Shown here in pieces: positions 14,180 to 24,115 of a DNA stretch of 64,000 bases. Below the pieces are notes generated by a model. It was not told the DNA's origin. It ran no database searches and saw nothing but the letters and a program-made list of their open reading frames with translations. The stretch comes from Pseudomarimonas sp. (GTDB lineage: Bacteria; Pseudomonadota; Gammaproteobacteria; Xanthomonadales; Xanthomonadaceae). The DNA lies in contig JBQTGY010000027.1 of assembly GCA_052390415.1 (NCBI GenBank), positions 2,485 through 66,484 on the forward strand, read 5' to 3'. A program made the position numbers and the translations under genes. Position 1 is the stretch's first letter. Every line of letters begins with the position of its first letter.

Positions 14180-14228
14180 CTCACCCCTCCCAGCCCTCCC
14201 CAACCCTCCCCGGACATCGGGGAGGGGG
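14180..14228. repeat. REP-like hairpin (CCCTCCCC-GGACATC-GGGGAGGG family)
   Basis: An 8-bp stem lies at 14204-14226, preceded by CCCTCC-rich direct motifs. The same family occurs at 63371-63405. Confidence 0.8.
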
Positions 14229-14268
14229 TCAAAGCCAATCACGCTCACGTTGAGCAAGGAAATTCCCC

Positions 14269-14538
14269 ATGATCGATTTCAAGTCCATCGACGACCTCGC
14301 CCAGCGCCTCAGCGACCTGGTTCCGCCGGGATTGCAGGAGGCGCGCGGGGATCTGGAAAAAAACTTTCGCGCTGCCTTGCAAGCCGGCCTGGGTCGTCTT
14401 GATCTGGTCACCCGCGAGGAGTTTGATGTGCAGCGCGCGGTGCTGTTGCGCACCCGCGAAAAGCTGGATTTGATTGAGCGCATGGTGGTCGATGTCGAAG
14501 CGCGCCTGTTGGCGTGTTCGACCATTACCCGCAACTGA
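14269..14538 (+). CDS. ubiK: ubiquinone biosynthesis accessory factor UbiK (YqiC/BMFP family)
   Basis: 89 aa: MIDFKSIDDLAQRLSDLVPPG...LVTREEFDVQRAVLLRTREKL. This is the characteristic coiled-coil protein. Confidence 0.8.
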   Translation: MIDFKSIDDLAQRLSDLVPPGLQEARGDLEKNFRAALQAGLGRLDLVTREEFDVQRAVLLRTREKLDLIERMVVDVEARLLACSTITRN

Positions 14539-14614
14539 CGCCGGCTCAAGGGGACGCTGACCGCGGCGCATTGCCGCCGCGGTGTGTGTTCGCTTGCCGT
14601 GAAGTGCCCCGACC

Positions 14615-16120
14615 ATGTCGCTCGCCATCGTTCACAGCCGCGCCCAATGCGGCGTCGATGCGCCGGCCGTGCAAGTCGAAGTGCATTTGGCCGGCGGATT
14701 GCCCGGGATGTCGATCGTGGGACTGCCCGAAGCGGCGGTTCGCGAGAGCAAAGATCGGGTCCGCGCTGCGCTGCAATGCGCCCGCTTCGAAGTGCCGGCG
14801 CGACGCATCACCGTCAATCTGGCTCCGGCGGATTTGCCCAAGGAAGGCGGGCGTTACGACCTGCCCATCGCGCTTGGCATCCTTGCCGCCAGTGGCCAGT
14901 TGCCAAAGGCCGCGTTGGCCGGCATCGAGTTTATCGGTGAGTTGGCGCTGACTGGCGAATTGCGTGCTGTGCAAGGCGCGTTGCCGGCGGTGCTGGGCGC
15001 GCGACGTGATCGACGCAGCAGTGTGGTACCGCTGGCGAATGCTGACGAAGCGGCGCTGGCCGGCAGCGACGACGTCCGCGTCGCGCGCAGTTTGCTCGAA
15101 GTGTGTGCGTTCCTGCGTAGCGAGCTGGCACTCGCTTCGCCCAGCGCGCCGCCTGCGGTTGATGCCGGATCGACCTTTCCGGATCTCGCCGACGTGCGTG
15201 GACAGGCGCGCGCACGCCGCGCACTGGAGATCGCGGCGGCCGGCGGCCACCACATCCTGATGATCGGACCACCGGGCAGCGGCAAGAGTCTGCTGGCGGC
15301 GCGCTTGCCCGGCTTGTTGCCTGCGCTGGTGGAAGCGGACGCGTTGGAAGCCGCGGCGGTGCGCTCCATCGCTGGCTTGCCGCTGGATCCTGCGCGCTGG
15401 CGCGACCCGGCCTGGCGGTGCCCGCACCACACCGCGAGTGGCGTCGCGCTGGTGGGCGGAGGCTCACCGCCGCGCCCTGGCGAAATCTCGCTGGCGCATC
15501 ACGGCGTTCTTTTTCTGGACGAGTTGCCCGAATGGGATCGGCGGGTTTTGGAAGTGCTGCGCGAGCCGCTGGAATCTGGCCGCATCTGCATTTCGCGTGC
15601 CGCCCGCCAAGCCGAGTTCCCAGCCCGTTTTCAGCTGGTTGCTGCCATGAATCCCTGCCCGTGTGGCTGGGCAGGCGATCCTTCGGCGCGCTGTCGCTGT
15701 AGTGCGGAACAGATAGCGCGTTACAGCGGCCGTATCTCCGGCCCGTTACTAGACCGTATCGACGTCATCGTCGAAGTGCCACGCGTAGCGCCGGCCGAGC
15801 TGCGTGCGGAGTCGCCGCCGGGCGAGCCCTCGGCGGCGGTCAGGCAACGTGTGGACGCAGCTCGTCAACGCCAACAACAACGCGGAGGCGTCATCAATGC
15901 ACGACTGCCACCCAGCGAGCTGGCGCGGCTTGCGGCGCTGGATGTGCCGACCCGCGATCTGCTGGAACGGGCAATGGAACGCATGCAGTTATCCGCCCGC
16001 GCCGCGCAACGCATCCTGCGGGTGGCGCGCACGATTGCCGACCTCGCTGGTGTCGAGCGCATCGAGCGGCCGCACCTCGCCGAAGCCATCGGCTATCGCC
16101 GTGGTTTGCAGAACAAATGA
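14615..16120 (+). CDS. comM: YifB/ComM family Mg-chelatase-like AAA+ ATPase
   Basis: 501 aa. It has the N-terminal Lon-like domain (VEVHLAGGLPGMSIVGLPE), Walker A (GPPGSGKS), GVLFLDELPE and the CPCGW zinc motif. Confidence 0.93.
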   Translation: MSLAIVHSRAQCGVDAPAVQVEVHLAGGLPGMSIVGLPEAAVRESKDRVRAALQCARFEVPARRITVNLAPADLPKEGGRYDLPIALGILAASGQLPKAALAGIEFIGELALTGELRAVQGALPAVLGARRDRRSSVVPLANADEAALAGSDDVRVARSLLEVCAFLRSELALASPSAPPAVDAGSTFPDLADVRGQARARRALEIAAAGGHHILMIGPPGSGKSLLAARLPGLLPALVEADALEAAAVRSIAGLPLDPARWRDPAWRCPHHTASGVALVGGGSPPRPGEISLAHHGVLFLDELPEWDRRVLEVLREPLESGRICISRAARQAEFPARFQLVAAMNPCPCGWAGDPSARCRCSAEQIARYSGRISGPLLDRIDVIVEVPRVAPAELRAESPPGEPSAAVRQRVDAARQRQQQRGGVINARLPPSELARLAALDVPTRDLLERAMERMQLSARAAQRILRVARTIADLAGVERIERPHLAEAIGYRRGLQNK

Positions 16121-16197
16121 ACGATTCGTTCAGATTACTTGGGTAACCCTTGCCGCTGAGGCACACTTCGCGCCTCGCTTCTGTCAAAGGTTTTGTC

Positions 16198-17565
16198 ATG
16201 AAACTGAATGCAATGCTCATAAGCTTGGCCCTGCTGATCGCTCAGCCGGCACTGGCACAACTGCCGCCCGACCTGACTTTGGTGCCGCAGGCCAGCGGTT
16301 TCACCGAAATCACCGCCATGCGTGCGCCACCGGCACCGGGCTCTCGACTGTGGGTGCTGGAACAAAGCGGTCGCGCGCGCATTTTGCAGGGCAGCACAAT
16401 CAATGCCACGCCATGGTTGCGCCTGTGCGCATCGGCTGCCGCAGGTTGTTTTGTGCCGCCGGGCGGATTCACCTCGGGCAATGAGCGCGGTCTGCTCGGT
16501 ATGGCGTTTCATCCCGCCTACGCCAGCAATCGGCAGGTTTACATCAACTACACCAACGGCGGCGGCAATACCGTCATCGCGCGTGTGCTGACCTCGGCTG
16601 GCAATCCTGATCTGGCCGATACCACCACCTTCACCACCTTGCTGACCATCAGTCAGGATTTCAGCAACCACAATGGCGGCGATCTGCATTTCGGCGGTGA
16701 TGGATATCTGTACATCGGCATGGGTGACGGCGGCAGCGCCAACGATCCCTGCGCGCGCAGTCAGACCCTGGATCCCGCCCAACTTTGCAACGGCGTCAGC
16801 AATGACGGCCAGGTCGGCTGTCCCAACAATTCCAGCTGTGGTCCGGTCGGTCGTGGTCCTTCGCGCGCGCTGCTGGGGAAGATGCTGCGCATCGACGTCG
16901 ACAACACCACGCCGGCCGGTGCCAATCGATTGTGCGCGGATGCTGCCGATGGCTCCGCACCGTATGCCATCCCCAGTGACAACCCGTTCGCCAGCACCAC
17001 CTCCAACTGCGCCGAAGTGTGGGCACTTGGATTGCGCAATCCGTTCCGCTTCTCGTTTGATCGCGAGACCAAGGACATGTACATCGGTGACGTCGGCCAA
17101 GGCGCGCGCGAAGAGGTCAACTTTGAGTCTTCATCATCCCAGGGCGGCCGCAATTACGGCTGGCGCTGTCGCGAAGGCACCTTGTCCAACCTCACCAATG
17201 CGCCGGTCTGCGACCAGCCCTCGGTATTCGATGGCCCCATCTTCGAGTACGACCACGGCGGCGGCCGCTGCTCCATCGCCGGTGGTTATCGCTATCGCGG
17301 TCCGGCGCCTTCGCTGCAAGGCCTGTATTTCTTTGGCGACTTTTGCGAAGGCATCATTCGGGTTGCCACGGAGGCCGAAGGCGGCGGGTGGAGTCAGCAG
17401 ACGTGGATCACGAGTGGCGGCAACATACGTAGCTTCGGTGAAGATGCCGTCGGCAATGTCTACGTTGCTACTACCTCCATAAACCCCACTACGTCCACGG
17501 TGTTCTTGATCACCGGCACCCTGCCCACCAACACCATCTTCAGCAATGGATTCGAGGCGCCCTGA
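16198..17565 (+). CDS. PQQ-dependent sugar dehydrogenase (glucose/sorbosone dehydrogenase family), secreted
   Basis: Signal peptide MKLNAMLISLALLIAQPALA. Motifs GLLGMAFHPAY, HNGGDLHFGGDGYLYIGMGDGG and LGLRNPFRFSFD are present. Confidence 0.8.
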   Translation: MKLNAMLISLALLIAQPALAQLPPDLTLVPQASGFTEITAMRAPPAPGSRLWVLEQSGRARILQGSTINATPWLRLCASAAAGCFVPPGGFTSGNERGLLGMAFHPAYASNRQVYINYTNGGGNTVIARVLTSAGNPDLADTTTFTTLLTISQDFSNHNGGDLHFGGDGYLYIGMGDGGSANDPCARSQTLDPAQLCNGVSNDGQVGCPNNSSCGPVGRGPSRALLGKMLRIDVDNTTPAGANRLCADAADGSAPYAIPSDNPFASTTSNCAEVWALGLRNPFRFSFDRETKDMYIGDVGQGAREEVNFESSSSQGGRNYGWRCREGTLSNLTNAPVCDQPSVFDGPIFEYDHGGGRCSIAGGYRYRGPAPSLQGLYFFGDFCEGIIRVATEAEGGGWSQQTWITSGGNIRSFGEDAVGNVYVATTSINPTTSTVFLITGTLPTNTIFSNGFEAP

Positions 17566-17666
17566 GCAGGGATTGGCAAGCCGGAGACAGCCTGCGATTT
17601 GACTGCCTCTGGTCTGCCTTGAGCGTGCGTACAAGGGTTTCGAACCGACCACTGAGGACTGCATCC

Positions 17667-18056
17667 GTGAACACTGCGACCGACACCGTGCATGCCATAT
17701 ACGCTGCGTTTGCCCTGGGTGATGTGCCCGCGGTGCTCGGCGCATTGGCGCCTGATGTGTTTTGGACCGAAGCCGAAGGAGGACCGTTTGGCGGCGTATA
17801 CGTTGGCCCCACGGCCGTGCTCGAAGGCGTGTTCATGCGCATCGTCGGCGAGTGGGATGGCTATACGGCCATCCCACGCGAGACCGTGGCCAGTGACGAG
17901 GTCGTGGTGGTGCTGGGCGACTACAGCGCCACCTGCAAGGCCACCGGCAAATCCTTCCAGGCGCCATTCGCGCATGTGTGGAAGTTGCAACACGGCAAGG
18001 TGGCGGTGTTTCAACAATTCACCGACACCGCGTTGCAACGCCAGGCGATGGCGTAA
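17667..18056 (+). CDS. SnoaL-like / NTF2-fold protein
   Basis: GTG at 17667 lies after GAGGA. The sequence VHAIYAAFALGDVPAVLGALAPDVFW...KVAVFQQFTDTA has the typical SnoaL_2 layout. Confidence 0.65.
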   Translation: MNTATDTVHAIYAAFALGDVPAVLGALAPDVFWTEAEGGPFGGVYVGPTAVLEGVFMRIVGEWDGYTAIPRETVASDEVVVVLGDYSATCKATGKSFQAPFAHVWKLQHGKVAVFQQFTDTALQRQAMA

Positions 18057-18090
18057 ACACACGCTGTCCCGAGCATCGGCGAGTCCCCCT

Positions 18091-18462
18091 GTGCATCCCT
18101 CACGAGTTGATCGCAATCATCTGCATTCACTCACCGACTTGCCCAACATAGGCAAGGCTGGTGCAGCGGATCTGCGCTTGCTCGGAATTCAGCGGCCGAG
18201 TGAATTGGCCGGCCGGTGTCCCTTCGCGATGTACACGCAGCTGTGTGAACTGACGGGTGTCCGTCACGACCCCTGCGTCATCGACGTGTTCATGTCGGTG
18301 ACACACTTTGTTGACGGCGGCGAAGCGCGCAATTGGTGGTCGTTCACCGAGGAACGCAAGTTGGTGTTGCGACAGCGGGCCGCGCTTGGCCTGTCCGCAA
18401 CTGCGGAGCCGTCCTCCATGCAATGCGGAATCCAGGTAGTCATTGACGCACCGGCCGACTAG
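18091..18462 (+). CDS. helix-hairpin-helix domain protein (Cdd1 / mitomycin-resistance-like)
   Basis: LTDLPNIGKAGAADLRLLGI...DPCVIDVFMSVTHFVDGGEARNWW. The start is uncertain; GTG at 18091 is the first candidate after the preceding stop. Confidence 0.5.
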   Translation: MHPSRVDRNHLHSLTDLPNIGKAGAADLRLLGIQRPSELAGRCPFAMYTQLCELTGVRHDPCVIDVFMSVTHFVDGGEARNWWSFTEERKLVLRQRAALGLSATAEPSSMQCGIQVVIDAPAD

Positions 18463-18547
18463 AATTCGCGCGCCATTTGAATCTACCAGGGCCGGCGTGA
18501 GGCATTGGTTGCATCAATGGATTCCAATTCGATCCCATGGGAAAACA

Positions 18548-18853
18548 ATGACTAAGCATATGGTTTTGGCGGCAATGACCGCCATTTTGGCTTCGGCATG
18601 CTCGCCGGGCGGCAGTTCTTCAGCCTCCGATGCTGCGCAAGGCGGCGGGCTGTCCACCAGCGAATGCCAAGCAATGGTCGACAAGAGCCGGGAACTGTCC
18701 GGCATGCCGGCGGATGCCTTCGTCGAAGCTGCAGAACAAGCCGTGCAGCAGTGCGACGCCTCCACTTCGGTATCGCGTGGCGACTACGACTGTGCGATGG
18801 CAGCCTCGACCATGCAAGACTTCCAAAACTGCAGGATCGACGTCCTCAACTGA
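18548..18853 (+). CDS. small lipoprotein, hypothetical
   Basis: MTKHMVLAAMTAILASAC carries a lipobox, and four further Cys residues follow. 101 aa. Confidence 0.55.
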   Translation: MTKHMVLAAMTAILASACSPGGSSSASDAAQGGGLSTSECQAMVDKSRELSGMPADAFVEAAEQAVQQCDASTSVSRGDYDCAMAASTMQDFQNCRIDVLN

Positions 18854-18862
18854 AGCTCGCAT

Positions 18863-19798
18863 ATGAACCCAGCCGGCCAGCCATCGATGAACTACACCGA
18901 ACTTCTGCAATCCATCATCGATGAGCTGAGCCCGCTGCGTGGCAGTGGTCAGGTGGCGGATTACATTCCGCCACTCAAGCGTGTGGATCCGAACCAATTC
19001 GGAATGGCGCTGGTCACGGTGGATGGCAAGCTGCATGTGGCGGGTGATGCCGATACGCGCTTCTCCATCCAGAGCATTTCCAAGGTCTTTGCACTGACCT
19101 TGGCGATGCAGCACGCGCGCGATGACCTGTGGACACGTCTCGGTCGCGAGCCCTCGGGCACGCGTTTCAATTCGCTGGTGCAGCTGGAACATGAGCGCGG
19201 CATCCCTCGTAATCCGTTCATCAATGCCGGCGCGCTGGTGGTGACCGACGTGATCCTGGAAGCGCTGGCTGATGCCAAGGGCACCTTTCTCGATTTGTTG
19301 CGTGATCTCAGCGATGCAGCCGATGCCGACTTCGACATCGAGGTCGCCGAAGGTGAACGCGATACCGGCTTCACCAATACCGCCATGGCGTGGTTCATCA
19401 AGAGCTTCGGCAATCTGCGTGGCGATCCGCAGGCGGTGCTGGATGCCTACTTTCATCATTGTGCGATGGCGTTGACCTGCAGCGAACTCGCGCGCGCCGG
19501 GCTGTTTCTGGCCAACGGCGGTTGCACACCGGACGGCACCTGCATGCTCAGCCCACAGCAGACCAAACGCGTCAACGCGCTGATGATGACCTGCGGTGCT
19601 TACGACGCGGTCGGCGACTTTGCGTTCCGGGTCGGTTTGCCCGCCAAGAGTGGTGTCGGCGGCGGCATCCTCGCCGTGTTGCCGCAGCACTTCAGCGTCT
19701 GCGTCTGGTCGCCCGGCCTCGACGCGACCGGTAATTCCTTGCTCGGGATTCGCGCGCTGGAACGGCTTACGGCACGTACCGGGTTGTCGGTCTTTTAG
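18863..19798 (+). CDS. glsA: glutaminase A
   Basis: YIPPLKRVDPNQFGMALVTVDG...FSIQSISKVF...GLPAKSGVGGGILAV. This is canonical glutaminase. An alternative start is at 18887 (MNYTELL). Confidence 0.92.
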   Translation: MNPAGQPSMNYTELLQSIIDELSPLRGSGQVADYIPPLKRVDPNQFGMALVTVDGKLHVAGDADTRFSIQSISKVFALTLAMQHARDDLWTRLGREPSGTRFNSLVQLEHERGIPRNPFINAGALVVTDVILEALADAKGTFLDLLRDLSDAADADFDIEVAEGERDTGFTNTAMAWFIKSFGNLRGDPQAVLDAYFHHCAMALTCSELARAGLFLANGGCTPDGTCMLSPQQTKRVNALMMTCGAYDAVGDFAFRVGLPAKSGVGGGILAVLPQHFSVCVWSPGLDATGNSLLGIRALERLTARTGLSVF

Positions 19799-19963
19799 CC
19801 GCTGCACCGACCGCGACGTTTGCGGGGGTGGGCACGTCAGGCCTGCGCTCCGGGCATCGGCAAAACAAGGTTCGGCGCACGGAGCGCGCTTCTACACGAC
19901 AGTACTTGTCATCCGCAAGCCTGATTCGTAAGCTGCGGGTGACCAAAACCGAGAGAACGCGCA

Positions 19964-20485
19964 ATGAAAACACATATTTTGCTGGCCGCCATCCTGGGCG
20001 TTTTCTCGCTGTCGGCGCAGGCCAATCTGATGGGTCCTGCCGAGCCGTCAACGCTGGAAGAGCGCGCCAATGCGCGGGCGGCAGGCATCACTGATGCAGA
20101 GGCGTTCGTGCAGGAAATCGATCAAACGCTGGAGTTGGCAAGGGCCGGCGACTATGGCCGCTTGAAGCGTGGTGACATCAGCCGCATGAACAGGGCCCGT
20201 GACGTGATCGCTGAGCTGCTCGAGGGCCACGGCAGCGCGTTGGAACTGCCACCGGAAGAGCGCATCGATCTTTACAACGCGCAGGAAACGCTCACCGCCG
20301 CGATACGTAACGACGACAAGAATCGTAAGGTCTGCAAGCTCGAGGCGGTCACCGGCAGTCGCTTGGCGAAAACCGAATGCATGACGGTGGCCGAGCGCGA
20401 AGAGCGCGCACTGCGTGCTCGCGAGGAAACAGAAGAGCAAATTCGCACAATTTGCATTCCGGGTGTCGAGGGCAATCCCTGCTGA
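19964..20485 (+). CDS. hypothetical secreted protein
   Basis: Signal peptide MKTHILLAAILGVFSLSAQA. The body is charged and helical, with Cys residues near the C-terminus. No motif recognised. Confidence 0.55.
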   Translation: MKTHILLAAILGVFSLSAQANLMGPAEPSTLEERANARAAGITDAEAFVQEIDQTLELARAGDYGRLKRGDISRMNRARDVIAELLEGHGSALELPPEERIDLYNAQETLTAAIRNDDKNRKVCKLEAVTGSRLAKTECMTVAEREERALRAREETEEQIRTICIPGVEGNPC

Positions 20486-20608
20486 AGTCGGCCAGATACA
20501 AGCGTCATCTGCGCCTGCGCGGTGGCGCTTAGCCGCATGCCCGGATAACCGCAGAGCGCGTCAAGCGCAAGACGCAGCGCTTAACGCTTCGAACAGAGAG
20601 CGTTGAAG

Positions 20609-20648
20609 CAAACGGCCGGAGCAGATCGTTTCGGCCGTTTGCGTTTTT
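20609..20648. terminator. rho-independent terminator between convergent genes
   Basis: AAACGGCCG...CGGCCGTTT stem followed by GCGTTTTT. A-rich sequence on the other side allows bidirectional function. Confidence 0.65.
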
Positions 20649-20675
20649 GCAATCTCTTGATCGGGAAGCTGCGAA

Positions 20676-21974
20676 TCAGGCGGCCGTCTTTTCCTCATGG
20701 AACTGCTCTTCTTCGGTCGAGCCTTTCAGTGCGGTCGTCGAGGATTTGCCGCCCTGGATGGTCTGGGTAACCGCATCGAAATAGCCGGTGCCGACTTCGC
20801 GCTGGTGCTTGACCGCGGTGAAGCCACGCTCGGCCGCCGCGAACTCCGCTTCCTGCAACTCGACGAAGGCGCTCATCTGCCGGCGCGCATAGCCGTGCGC
20901 CAGGTTGAACATGCCGTAGTTCAGCGAGTGGAAGCCGGCCAGAGTGATGAACTGGAATTTGTAGCCGTAGGTGGCGATTTCCTTCTGGAACTTGGCGATG
21001 GTGGCGTCGTCGAGATTCTTCTTCCAGTTGAAACTCGGCGAGCAGTTGTAGGCCAGCATCTTGCCGGGGAACCTGGCGTGGATGGCTTCGGCAAACTTGC
21101 GCGCGAATTCGAGATCCGGTTTGCCGGTTTCGCACCACACCAGATCGGCATAAGGCGCGTAGGCAAGTCCACGTGAGATGGCTTGGTCGAGACCATTGTT
21201 GGTCTTGTAGAAACCTTCCATGGTCCGCTCGCCGGTGCAGAAGGCGGTGTCATTGGGATCGATGTCGGAGGTAAGCAGATCGGCTGCTTCGGCGTCGGTG
21301 CGCGCAACGATCAAGGTCGGCACACCCATGACGTCCGCCGCCAGACGCGCGGCAACCAGCTTCTCGACCGCTTCGCGGGTCGGAACCAGCACCTTGCCGC
21401 CCATGTGACCGCACTTCTTCACCGAGGCGAGCTGGTCTTCGAAATGCACGCCGGCGGCACCGGCTTCGATCATGCCCTTCATCAGCTCGAACGCGTTCAA
21501 CACACCACCGAAGCCGGCTTCCGCATCGGCCACGATCGGCTGCAAAAAGTCGACGTCACCGCTGCCTTCACTGGTCTGGATCTGATCCGCACGCAGCAGG
21601 GTGTTGTTGATCCGCTTGACCACGGCCGGCACCGAGTCGGCCGGGTACAGCGACTGGTCGGGATACATCTGGCTACCGAGGTTGGCGTCCGCAGCGACTT
21701 GCCAACCAGACAGATAGATTGCCTTCAGGCCAGCCTTGACCTGCTGCATGGCCTGATTGCCCGTGAGTGCGCCGAGCGCGTTGACGAAGGGCTCGCTGTG
21801 CAGCGACTTCCACAATTTCTCCGCACCAATCCGCGCCAGCGAATGTTCGATATGCACCGAGCCACGAAGGCGCACCACGTCCTGCGCCGTGTAGCCGCGG
21901 GTGATGCCTTTCCAGCGCGGGTTGTTGTTCCAGTCAAGTTGCAGTTGTTCGGCGGTGGGGAGTGAGTTTTTCAT
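20676..21974 (-). CDS. aceA: isocitrate lyase
   Basis: 432 aa. It contains the KKCGHMGGK active-site motif, and the N-terminus has [12 protein letters not shown]. Confidence 0.96.
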   Translation of the reverse strand: MKNSLPTAEQLQLDWNNNPRWKGITRGYTAQDVVRLRGSVHIEHSLARIGAEKLWKSLHSEPFVNALGALTGNQAMQQVKAGLKAIYLSGWQVAADANLGSQMYPDQSLYPADSVPAVVKRINNTLLRADQIQTSEGSGDVDFLQPIVADAEAGFGGVLNAFELMKGMIEAGAAGVHFEDQLASVKKCGHMGGKVLVPTREAVEKLVAARLAADVMGVPTLIVARTDAEAADLLTSDIDPNDTAFCTGERTMEGFYKTNNGLDQAISRGLAYAPYADLVWCETGKPDLEFARKFAEAIHARFPGKMLAYNCSPSFNWKKNLDDATIAKFQKEIATYGYKFQFITLAGFHSLNYGMFNLAHGYARRQMSAFVELQEAEFAAAERGFTAVKHQREVGTGYFDAVTQTIQGGKSSTTALKGSTEEEQFHEEKTAA

Positions 21975-22004
21975 GGTGGGGCCTTTTGACGTGGGAGGGT
22001 TCGG

Positions 22005-22212
22005 CTTTGCTCCCCTCTCCCTTCGGGAGAGAGAGGCGGGGATGAGGGCTTTGCTCCCCTCTCCCCTCGGGAGTGGGGTCGGGGGTGAGGGTACGGGTCA
22101 TGCGAGGAGTAAAGCGTTGGAAAGGCTAGTCGGGCGTTGGTGGCGGGTCGTACCCTCACTCCAACCCCTCTCCCCTCGGGAGAGGGGCTTCAAAGTGGGA
22201 GAGAGGGGCTGG
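22005..22212. repeat. cluster of three REP hairpins (CCCCTCTCCCCTCGGGAGAGGGG / GGGTGAGGGTAC family) inside the aceB-aceA spacer
   Basis: Hairpins lie at about 22010-22041, 22054-22094 and 22150-22195. The last two are mutually inverted. Confidence 0.85.
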
Positions 22213-22214
22213 CT

Positions 22215-23801
22215 TTATGCCAGCCGCGCATACGCCGGCAAGGTAATGAAGTCGGCAAGTTCTGACGCGTGCGTCAGCTCACCAAGCAGCTTGACCGCCT
22301 CAGGAATTCGAGACTGTCCCGGCATACCCGATTCCGGCAGGCGTTCGGCAACACCCGAGAGCGCCAAATCAAACAAGGCAAAGTTGATTGAAGTTCCGTC
22401 GTCGAGCAGCAAGCCACCCACGTGCAACCACTGCCACAACTGCACCCGCGAGATCTCCGCGGTGGCGGCGTCCTCCATCAGGTGATGAATCGGCACGCAG
22501 CCAAGACCATCCAGCCAAGCGGCGAGATAGCGCACACAGACGTCGATGTTGTTCAAGAAGCCGAGGCGAGAAATACTGCCTGTCGCCGGCGCGATCAATG
22601 CATCGCGATCTGCCAACACGTCGAGGCGAGGCTTGCTGGCGACCTGGTTCGCCGCCGGCATGTGTTCATCAAAGATCGTCTGCGCAATCGGAATCAACCC
22701 CGGATGCGCCACCCAGGTGCCGTCGTGTCCGGCCGTCGCTTCGCGCAACTTGTCGGCACGCACCCGGGTCATCGCGGCTTCGTTGGCGACCGGATCACTG
22801 CTGATCGGAATCTGCGCCGCCATGCCGCCCATCGCGTGCGCACCACGCCGATGACAGGTGCGAATCAACAGCTCCGAATAGGCCTTCAGAAAGGTCACCG
22901 TCATCGGAATCTGGCTGCGTTCGGGCAGCACCCGATCCGAATGGCGGCGGAAGGTCTTGATGTAGGAAAAGATGTAGTCCCAGCGCCCGCAGTTGAGACC
23001 CACGATGCGGCCACGCAGCGCGTGCAGAATCTCGTCCATCTCGAACGCGGCGGGCAGCGTCTCGATCAATACGGTCACTTTCATGGTGCCGATGGGCAGG
23101 CCGAGACGCACCTCGATGAAGGTCATCGCCTCGTCCCATAACGCGGCCTCTTCCATCGCTTGCAGCTTGGGCAAGTAGAAGTAAGGACCACGATCTCGGC
23201 TGTGCAAGGCGCGCCCGTTGTGCAGGGCAAACAGCGCAAGATCGAACAGGCTGGCAGACGAGCGCTGCTCGTCGACCAGCACGTGTTTTTCATCGAGGTG
23301 CCAACCGCGTGGGCGCACCAACAACACCGTGCTGGCGTCGGCCTTCAGCGCGTAGTGCTTGCCGGTCTCGCTGGTCATTGTGATGTCGCCAGCCACGGCA
23401 TCGCGCAGATTGACTTGGCCATCGATCAGATTGGGCCAGGTCGGGCTGGTGGAATCCTCGAAGTCCGCCATGAACATCTTGGCGTCCGAGTTGAGCGCGT
23501 TGATGATCATCTTGCGATCTACCGGCCCGGTGATCTCGACGCGGCGGTCTTGCAGCGCGGCGGGCACCGGAGCCACGGCCCAGTCAGCGGCGCGGATGGC
23601 GCGCGTATCGGCGCGGAAGTCCGGCAACTCGCCGGCATCGAAGCGTTGCTGGCGCGCCTGTCGGGCGGCGAGCAGGTTCAGTCGGGTCGGATTGAAACGT
23701 CGATGCAGCTCGGATAACAGGTCCAATGCGGCCGGCGTGAGGATCTCGTCCACGCCAGCGGTTGCAGTGGCTTCGATACGGATTCCGCTCGCTTGTTTCA
23801 T
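22215..23801 (-). CDS. aceB: malate synthase A
   Basis: DRRVEITGPVDRKMIINALNSDAKMFMADFEDS and the rest align with AceB-type malate synthase. Start chosen at MKQASGIRIEA (23801). Confidence 0.94.
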   Translation of the reverse strand: MKQASGIRIEATATAGVDEILTPAALDLLSELHRRFNPTRLNLLAARQARQQRFDAGELPDFRADTRAIRAADWAVAPVPAALQDRRVEITGPVDRKMIINALNSDAKMFMADFEDSTSPTWPNLIDGQVNLRDAVAGDITMTSETGKHYALKADASTVLLVRPRGWHLDEKHVLVDEQRSSASLFDLALFALHNGRALHSRDRGPYFYLPKLQAMEEAALWDEAMTFIEVRLGLPIGTMKVTVLIETLPAAFEMDEILHALRGRIVGLNCGRWDYIFSYIKTFRRHSDRVLPERSQIPMTVTFLKAYSELLIRTCHRRGAHAMGGMAAQIPISSDPVANEAAMTRVRADKLREATAGHDGTWVAHPGLIPIAQTIFDEHMPAANQVASKPRLDVLADRDALIAPATGSISRLGFLNNIDVCVRYLAAWLDGLGCVPIHHLMEDAATAEISRVQLWQWLHVGGLLLDDGTSINFALFDLALSGVAERLPESGMPGQSRIPEAVKLLGELTHASELADFITLPAYARLA

Positions 23802-23895
23802 CACTGCAACCATCGACGTTCTCCGCTGCACTGCAACATTCGGGCATTGACCATAGTCCTCTGTCTCGACTATCGCAAAGACAAATGTTTCAATG

Positions 23896-23922
23896 ATTAG
23901 TATTTGCTTCGTTAATACTAGT
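23896..23922. promoter_or_regulatory. candidate LysR-type operator in the aceB / lysR divergent region
   Basis: ATTAGTATT-N9-AATACTAGT interrupted dyad (8/9) in the only AT-rich stretch of the spacer. Confidence 0.35.
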
Positions 23923-23980
23923 GTGAAATCAGATGTCTAAGATGCCGGCCATGACGAATATGAGTGCTTTGGGGCGGGTT

Positions 23981-24085
23981 GTACCCTCACCCCAACCCCT
24001 CTCCCGAGGGGAGAGGGGCTCAAGAGCTGCGAGTCCGCGCATCAAAGCCCCACTCCCCTCGGGAGAGGGGTTGGGGTGAGGGTAC
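23981..24085. repeat. inverted pair of REP elements (same family as 22005-22212)
   Basis: GTACCCTCACCCCAACCCCTCTCCC (23981-24005) has its reverse complement at 24061-24085. Confidence 0.9.
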
Positions 24086-24115
24086 GACCTCGCCTGACAC
24101 ATCAACCACCGTCTT

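Noticed and set aside
17631-17650. GGGTTTCGAACC, a string resembling a tRNA T-arm.
   Set aside because: No acceptor stem, anticodon arm or D-arm can be drawn around it. It lies in the leader of the SnoaL-like gene.
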